Source: Candidatus Sumerlaeota bacterium (GTDB lineage: Bacteria; Bacillota; SLNR01). Taken from it: 64,000 nt of DNA. The notes under the pieces were generated by a model that saw only the letters and a list, made by a program, of their open reading frames with translations, had not been told where the DNA came from and searched no databases. Shown here one piece after another: positions 57,611-64,000 of the stretch; position 1 is the stretch's first letter, and every line of letters starts with the position of its first letter. The stretch spans positions 20,504-84,503 of the forward strand of contig JAXGQE010000012.1 of assembly GCA_040766585.1 (NCBI GenBank), written 5' to 3'. The position numbers and the translations under genes are program-made.

Positions 57611-57693
57611 ACAGATTCTCTATGGGATGATTCTTTGGATTGAATGCAAACCGGAACATGGTCTTACAATGCTCTTTGTTTTGTTGTACGAAT

Positions 57694-58371
57694 TCACTCC
57701 TTTGTTCTCTCTGCTATCGGGAGTGATGAATGCTTTCGCAGAAATTTTTCAGCTTTCCCCGCGACTGATTTTCGCGCACTCCGCCGCTGACCTCTGGCAA
57801 ACTCCAAGATATCTTCCTGATAATTTGAATTCGAAAAATATTGATCAAAACAGTCGATGACATGTCCACAGAGGATCCGGTTGCACTCCGGAGAGGGTTC
57901 GTCGTGGCGGTAGTACACGATGTCCGGAACTTCCAGCAGCTTTTTGGTGATGACTGCCTCAAAATGGGGCTTGGCCAGAACAATTTTCCAGGCGTTCCCT
58001 ACAACGGCAGCCGCCGTAATCATTTGGGGATCCCGGATACGATCCAGATACTCATGAAGGATTGAGTCCAGTTTTGATTCTTGATCCGACTTCGCCAAAT
58101 TGGACAAGATTGCGATTCCATCCCATTTGATGAAGCTGTTGGAGTTATACATCAAATCAACAATCCGCCCAAAATAGGGATATATTATCTCAGGATCCTT
58201 CTCGCTCACCTTTCGGATGACCTTGGTGCAGACAAACCGAATATTGCCTTTCTCATTGTTGACAATGTCCAAGAGAGTCTTTACCATTGACGGATCATCC
58301 AGCACCCGAGGGATCCAACTTTCAACCTCCGATTTGGTTTTTATCTCTTTGACCATGCGATCGTAATCCAT
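57694..58371 (-). CDS. HEAT-repeat-like protein (possible DNA alkylation repair enzyme family)
   Basis: All-alpha repeat architecture of ~225 aa. The assignment is weak. Confidence 0.4.
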   Translation of the reverse strand: MDYDRMVKEIKTKSEVESWIPRVLDDPSMVKTLLDIVNNEKGNIRFVCTKVIRKVSEKDPEIIYPYFGRIVDLMYNSNSFIKWDGIAILSNLAKSDQESKLDSILHEYLDRIRDPQMITAAAVVGNAWKIVLAKPHFEAVITKKLLEVPDIVYYRHDEPSPECNRILCGHVIDCFDQYFSNSNYQEDILEFARGQRRSARKSVAGKAEKFLRKHSSLPIAERTKE

Positions 58372-58376
58372 TGAAT

Positions 58377-59117
58377 TCACTTCCCTTTTGGAAAGGCTGA
58401 TTCTTGCTTTGTGGCACTCATGACAATCAGAGAAATATCATCCTGGATGTCTGCATCCAAAAATTCCACATCGGGAAACCCGCGATTCTCTTTCGCCCAT
58501 TCAGCCCACGGCCGCCAAATCTCTTTGGGCTTTTCCATATCGTAACATGCCGAAATTGTCACCAGCTGAGTCTTCTCCCAGAGATTCCGCCACCATGTTT
58601 TGCTGTGGAAGCTGAACATATCTCCCTCCCAATGCTCTTTTAGCGTATCGGGATACCCTTTCACATACTCCCTCTTTAAACCGGGGACGACGATACCAAA
58701 TTGTCCTCCGGTCTTTACCAGTTTGGAAAACGTGCAGGGAAAATAGGTATCATCCGTTCCGAAATACTGATAACTGTCAATGGCGATCGCGGCATCAAAG
58801 AATCCTTCAGCGTAGGGCAGCGCATGGGCTTCTGCATGGATCGGGAAAACCCGGTCTGCCACTCCTTTCTTTTCAAAGTGCTGCAGATTCTCAGAAGCGC
58901 TGATCCATAAATCGGTGGCAAATACCGTAACCCCGAATTCTCTGGCTAAAAACACAGAAGTGATGCCCTTTCCACACCCCATGTCCAGGACCTTCATACC
59001 CGGCTTCAAATCCATGTGCTGGCACAATTCCTCCAGGAGCCACAATGGATTGGGGCCCATCCAGTTTTCTTGAATCCATATTGGGTCGTACTTCTCTGTT
59101 CTCGGAAATCTTTTCAT
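58377..59117 (-). CDS. Class I SAM-dependent methyltransferase
   Basis: KVLDMGCGKGITS motif I. RBS GGGGGA. Confidence 0.75.
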   Translation of the reverse strand: MKRFPRTEKYDPIWIQENWMGPNPLWLLEELCQHMDLKPGMKVLDMGCGKGITSVFLAREFGVTVFATDLWISASENLQHFEKKGVADRVFPIHAEAHALPYAEGFFDAAIAIDSYQYFGTDDTYFPCTFSKLVKTGGQFGIVVPGLKREYVKGYPDTLKEHWEGDMFSFHSKTWWRNLWEKTQLVTISACYDMEKPKEIWRPWAEWAKENRGFPDVEFLDADIQDDISLIVMSATKQESAFPKGK

Positions 59118-59520
59118 TTCTATCCCCCCATTTGGTAAAGTAACAAAACAAATAAGTTTCTTGCTTCAGTCCACACTTTCTGATCTCCAATGAATCACAG
59201 CCGTTAGTATCCCAGTGCTCAGGTTACACCCGAAACTGAACGACTTCTTCTTATGAGTAAAGATCCATTATTATCTGACTGATTCTGTGCACTCTGTTAA
59301 CATGTTCATTCGCGGAAAGATTGGAGAAATATTCGATGTATGGTAATATGAACGTGTCATTCTCGATAATTCCCGTATGGCGGGTCCTTGGTAGATAGGA
59401 TCCAATGAGTCAGAGGGAGTACTTGTTGGTTCAAGATATGGAGATATCCTGTATGCTCCCTGGAACCACTGAGGAATGCTTCCTCCAATAATATCTTTCG
59501 CACAGGAAGGTTGTGATCGG

Positions 59521-59967
59521 ATGAAGAAAATCCTGGCTGCCGTTTTACTGATTACAGCGCTTTGCATACTCACCAGCTGCCAAGAAAAAACCGATGAACC
59601 GGTACTGTGGATTAACCCGGAGCCTACCGAATACTGGACCTATATGTCCTCCACCCCTGGTATTGCTCTTACAGCAGTGCTCACACTGGACTTAAAGAAC
59701 AGTGATTTCAAGTACCATTGGATTGCAGAGCAAGGAACATTTTTGATGTGGCACGGGAATGACGGCCAAGGTCGCTTAGAAGATTTGGGCCGTGATATCA
59801 AGACCAATGTGCATAAGTTGTATTGGACAGCTGGACCCGAACCTTTCACTGATCCATCCCTAAGGGTCTACGTAACGGTTGAAAATATTGAAACACAGGA
59901 AGTCATAGCTGAAACCTACATTGAAATTCAGCAGCCCGAAGAAGGTCATTTTGTTATTGATCAATAA
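59521..59967 (+). CDS. Lipoprotein of unknown function
   Basis: MKKILAAVLLITALCILTSCQ lipobox. Confidence 0.55.
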   Translation: MKKILAAVLLITALCILTSCQEKTDEPVLWINPEPTEYWTYMSSTPGIALTAVLTLDLKNSDFKYHWIAEQGTFLMWHGNDGQGRLEDLGRDIKTNVHKLYWTAGPEPFTDPSLRVYVTVENIETQEVIAETYIEIQQPEEGHFVIDQ

Positions 59968-60009
59968 CCCAATTCGTGCCTTATGTAAGCATTCCAATAA
60001 ATCCATCGT

Positions 60010-60948
60010 TTACTGTAACAGAAGCAATGCTTGTTCATAGGCTGGGTCAATCGTGCTATCCATCCACTGATCCAGGGATTCCTCAAAATTCTCATTTCGA
60101 TAGAGCTTCCCATGATGGAAGGCTATATACTGAATCAGGGAAGATGCAGCGTACGTATTCATGTATCCAATCCTGGGACAACCATTGAATATACTGGCAT
60201 ACCCTTCAATCAGAAAAGGTTCGAGAGATGGATCATTCAAACTCCAACGCATATCCGCTAAATCTCTTTCGGCCAGCCCATACCCCGATAATGAAAAATC
60301 AATCGGAACAATCTCGCGATTATGCAGAATCAGATTGGACTTGTTCAGATCTCCATGGATCAGAATGAAATTGCTTTTTTCTTTTTGCAGTAGTTTTGTG
60401 AATACAGACAAGAATGAACCGATCTTGTGGTAGTGTCTCTCGAAGAGATGCCCCTTTTGATGAGCTTCTTCAATTTCCGCATAAACCATCTCCATCAGAC
60501 GCCCATCGTAGGAATATCGATTCAGAATGTGCCATTTGGACATTTGTTGATGGAGTCGTCCAATCGTTCTGCCGATTTCAAATGCAATCTCCTGGGTCAT
60601 TGGAAAATCAATCAAATCTTCTCCTTCGATCCAGGACAATACAGTTGCCAAATCTCCAGATTGCAGTTCGGTTATGTATTTTCCCTGTTTGTTTTTGAGG
60701 GGCTGCTGAACTCGCAAGTTTGTTTCGGAGTTGATCTTGGAGAGCAATTCGATTTCGCTCTTCACATAAACCCGCCGCGGAATTTTTCCGTTCAGAAATT
60801 GAAAATTCAGTCCTTCCGCTTCTCTGTGAATACGAACAAGGTAGCTTATTGTACGATCTTGAATCTTGTATGTTATATTTTCATTGTGTCGAATGTATGA
60901 AAACTCAGGTTCCACAAAGTGATAATGCTGCAATACTTCCTCAATCAT
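60010..60948 (-). CDS. Aminoglycoside phosphotransferase (APH)/choline-kinase-like protein kinase-fold phosphotransferase
   Basis: Brenner motif ILIHGDLNKSNLIL and downstream DFS. RBS GGGAGGGGG. Confidence 0.75.
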   Translation of the reverse strand: MIEEVLQHYHFVEPEFSYIRHNENITYKIQDRTISYLVRIHREAEGLNFQFLNGKIPRRVYVKSEIELLSKINSETNLRVQQPLKNKQGKYITELQSGDLATVLSWIEGEDLIDFPMTQEIAFEIGRTIGRLHQQMSKWHILNRYSYDGRLMEMVYAEIEEAHQKGHLFERHYHKIGSFLSVFTKLLQKEKSNFILIHGDLNKSNLILHNREIVPIDFSLSGYGLAERDLADMRWSLNDPSLEPFLIEGYASIFNGCPRIGYMNTYAASSLIQYIAFHHGKLYRNENFEESLDQWMDSTIDPAYEQALLLLQ

Positions 60949-61152
60949 GTCACACCCCCTCCCATGGATTGAATGAACCCAACTTCCAATCCTCAGATGG
61001 TCATATGAGTGGCAGCCGATATTGTCAAATCCTCATTGGATTCTATCGTTTGCACGAATGATGATTCATTGATTATGTGACCTGAATCTTTAGTCTTCGC
61101 AATATATGATACAAACCTCTTGTATTTCATGAATTCAGAAAGCAGCCATGTG

Positions 61153-61377
61153 CTACTTCAAGAACTCAATCATAAAAACATCCTCTATGGACACCTTAAA
61201 AACATGGGCAATTTTTGCTGCCAACAGGAGTGACGGTGAGTATTTATCCTGTTCCAAAGCAATAATGGTCTGTCGAGTGCATCCCACAAAATCAGCCAGC
61301 TGTTGTTGGCTCATTTCATCGGAAAGGAACCGCAGTTTACGAATTCTATTGGATATCTTAATTTCTTCCATAGCCAT
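61153..61377 (-). CDS. XRE-family helix-turn-helix transcriptional regulator
   Basis: IRKLRFLSDEMSQQQLADFVGCTRQTIIALEQDKYSPS HTH_3 signature. Confidence 0.75.
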   Translation of the reverse strand: MAMEEIKISNRIRKLRFLSDEMSQQQLADFVGCTRQTIIALEQDKYSPSLLLAAKIAHVFKVSIEDVFMIEFLK

Positions 61378-61795
61378 CGACCCTTTTCTCATACCACAGA
61401 TAGAAGCCACTGTTCACAATGTAGCTCAATATGACCGTCGTATAGGCAATAAACCACATCCAGGATACTGGCATCCAGTTTTCATTTTCATAATACACGA
61501 AAATGGAAATGCAGAAAGCGAAAACGTAGATTAGAATGCATATCATGGATGCACTGCTTGCTTTTAGCTCAATTAAGAAATCACGCTCGTCTTTTTTAGG
61601 CTGTCTTATTTTGAATTGTAGATAGAAGAAAACTGAGTAGGCTATTCCGAAAATTACCGCTGCTGAGAATCGTCTGTTTGAGTCGGTCCCCCATTCCTCA
61701 GGGCCACTTCCTACAAAGAACAAACTGATTACAACAAGTAGGACCACACTCCACATGCAAAATATTATCCATGCTCGAGTTCGCGGACTATCCAT
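61358..61795 (-). CDS. Small 4-TM membrane protein co-transcribed with XRE regulator (DUF2178/3796-like arrangement)
   Basis: Hydrophobic helices. Its 3' end overlaps the XRE gene start by 20 nt. RBS GGGAGGG. Confidence 0.5.
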   Translation of the reverse strand: MDSPRTRAWIIFCMWSVVLLVVISLFFVGSGPEEWGTDSNRRFSAAVIFGIAYSVFFYLQFKIRQPKKDERDFLIELKASSASMICILIYVFAFCISIFVYYENENWMPVSWMWFIAYTTVILSYIVNSGFYLWYEKRVDGYGRN

Positions 61796-62305
61796 TCCAG
61801 ACCCTCCCATTCATAGCATCTTTCCATTTTATTGTATGCTAAATCGTACTATATGTATATAATTTTTTACATTTTGTATAATTTTTTTTACATCCGAAAT
61901 ATTTGGAAGGCAATCAATAATGATCGTATTCATTCACACATTCATGGATGATCCACGATATTCATTTCAGCAATTCAGCCTTCATTCAATTTCGTTCTCA
62001 ATTGTATTTCAATGAGCATTTTTTCTGTCCACCGCAGAAAAAGTTTAGATAACCAGCTAGGTAGTGCCTCTTTGATCATTTCATCTGAGAGAATTTTTCT
62101 GAATTAATTTCGCTATTTACGGTATCCCTTCGCCACATCCAATCTGCCGGATTCTGTCAACAATCTGGGAGTACACCTTGATGTCCACCGCAACCGGGTC
62201 TCTGGAATAAATTGCGCGTATAGATCTTTCATACAATCATCGGATAGCCAGAAAGAAGCCCTGCTTATTTTTAAAGAGAATTATTGTTTTTTGATAATTC
62301 ATTAT

Positions 62306-62333
62306 TGTAATTTAATAATATTGTGCTATAATC
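62306..62333 (+). promoter_or_regulatory. Sigma-70 promoter TTGTAA-16-TATAAT with TGn extended -10 upstream of DUF2975 gene
   Basis: attgTGcTATAAT, ~30 nt upstream of the ATG. Confidence 0.5.
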
Positions 62334-62363
62334 TACTTGATACTACGAATCTGGGGTGATTCT

Positions 62364-62915
62364 ATGAAAGCCATCGGCAAGAATTCATTATCGAGTTTTC
62401 TGTATTGGAGTAATCTAATAGGAATTGTTCTATTCACTCTGGCAACTGGAGGAATCCTCTTTGCAGCCAGCTCTGAAAGAGTGCGTAATTCAGGGTTTCT
62501 CTCCTTGACATTAAAAATGGAAGTATTGGAACTCCAGTATGATGCTTCCATTTTTGCAGACTACCGAATCATGCTCCCTGCTCTGGGAGTAATGCTGTGT
62601 ATGATCATTATCCTGTTATTGTCGTTCCAAATCTTTCGCGAGTTGCGATGGGAGCGGATTTTCAGTCAAAAAATCGAAACCTCACTCCTCCGCCTGTCCT
62701 TAGCATTTTTGTTTCTTTCGTTAATGAAAGGAGTTTTTATGACTGCTGTAGGTCTATTATTCAATAATTACATCGGGGATTTACCAGATTTCATGCAAAT
62801 TAGCACCCAGATATTTGACGGTAATATCCTGGTCATATCTGCAATACTGTTTATCGTTTATAAGATCTACCAGCAAACGCTGATCATTGTGAATGAACAC
62901 AATTTGACAATTTAA
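62364..62915 (+). CDS. DUF2975-family membrane protein
   Basis: 4-5 TM. Followed 12 nt later by a YozG-like XRE regulator, which is the typical pairing. Confidence 0.6.
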   Translation: MKAIGKNSLSSFLYWSNLIGIVLFTLATGGILFAASSERVRNSGFLSLTLKMEVLELQYDASIFADYRIMLPALGVMLCMIIILLLSFQIFRELRWERIFSQKIETSLLRLSLAFLFLSLMKGVFMTAVGLLFNNYIGDLPDFMQISTQIFDGNILVISAILFIVYKIYQQTLIIVNEHNLTI

Positions 62916-62926
62916 GGTGGTATACC

Positions 62927-63157
62927 ATGCCAATTCAAATCAATTTGGATGTAATGCTGGCAAAACGGAGAATTGCTTCAAAAGATTTGGCCGATCAAAT
63001 AGGAATTACACCGGCGAATTTATCCATCCTAAAAACCGGGAAAGCAAAAGCGATACGATTTATCACTCTCGAAGCTATATGCAAAATTCTCAATTGCCAA
63101 CCGGGCGATATTCTTGAATACATTCCAGAAGACCGGATTCTTGAGCAGAAAAATTAA
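62927..63157 (+). CDS. XRE-family HTH transcriptional regulator (YozG-like, 76 aa)
   Basis: MLAKRRIASKDLADQIGITPANLSILKTGKAKAIRF. RBS AAGGTGG. Confidence 0.8.
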   Translation: MPIQINLDVMLAKRRIASKDLADQIGITPANLSILKTGKAKAIRFITLEAICKILNCQPGDILEYIPEDRILEQKN

Positions 63158-63165
63158 CTGCAGTG

Positions 63166-63205
63166 GAAAAAGCACAGAGGGCTGAGATGGCCCTCTGTGC
63201 TGTTA
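63166..63205. terminator. Bidirectional intrinsic terminator (XRE gene / katG convergent)
   Basis: 11-bp perfect stem gcacagagggc/gccctctgtgc, preceded by A5 on the plus strand and followed by T5 on the minus strand. Confidence 0.65.
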
Positions 63206-63235
63206 AAACAGGAAATTGAAATTTTAAGTTTCGAG

Positions 63236-64000
<765 letters not shown>

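Overview
This 64 kb window looks like chromosomal DNA from a Firmicutes/Clostridia-type anaerobe, at roughly 55% GC and with dense coding mostly on the minus strand. I found no rRNA, tRNA, CRISPR array, transposase or integrase.

Recognisable content, in order along the window:
- A partial isochorismatase-family gene runs off the window start.
- It overlaps the stop of a flavodoxin-like gene.
- Next comes a secreted M14 zinc carboxypeptidase with a long acidic linker and a copper-amine-oxidase-N-like domain.
- The gatCAB operon is present in full.
- A large HerA/FtsK-superfamily ATPase with a coiled-coil C-terminus is transcribed divergently from gatC.
- An acidic lipoprotein and mutY follow.
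- Next is an ArsR-controlled cluster: a CXXC thioredoxin-like gene, a metallophosphoesterase, an ArsP/DUF318-like permease with a CSC motif, and a split two-subunit permease pair.
- A divergent 417-aa GAPDH-family dehydrogenase sits next to a 1359-aa protein. That protein has a roughly 750-aa unknown N-terminal region fused to the pyruvate phosphate dikinase (PPDK) ATP-grasp and phospho-histidine swivel domains. The PEP/pyruvate TIM-barrel domain is missing.
- A co-directional cluster holds a heterodimeric ABC exporter pair, a phage-type PolA-like polymerase (3'-5' exonuclease plus polymerase, no 5' nuclease), a DUF5661-like small protein and a rhomboid protease.
- Sortase B and a DUF2905 protein come next.
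- They are followed by an MFS transporter, a polytopic membrane protein, a SIS-domain protein and an AI-2E transporter.
- An IclR-headed cluster holds an allantoinase/hydantoinase-like cyclic amidohydrolase, a second amidohydrolase and an M20 carbamoylase-like hydrolase.
- An iron-sulfur flavoprotein and a Cys-rich secreted protein carrying a 15-nt tandem duplication follow.
- A catabolic operon encodes an FGGY kinase, a D-2-hydroxyacid dehydrogenase and a class II aldolase.
- An orphan Imm5-like immunity gene sits with neighbouring genes of unknown function.
- cysK has a roughly 330-nt leader.
- Several hydrolases follow, then an AGCS alanine/glycine:cation symporter preceded by an AT-rich, repeat-rich 630-bp noncoding region.
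- An APH-like kinase follows, then two membrane-protein/XRE-regulator pairs, and the 3' part of katG at the window end.

The most unusual element is the domain-shuffled PPDK-like phosphotransferase paired with the divergent GAPDH-like dehydrogenase. Several perfect palindromic operator candidates and intrinsic terminators are visible directly in the sequence.

Gene starts were refined by RBS inspection and codon arithmetic from the supplied ORF coordinates. Positions of small motifs may be off by a nucleotide or two.
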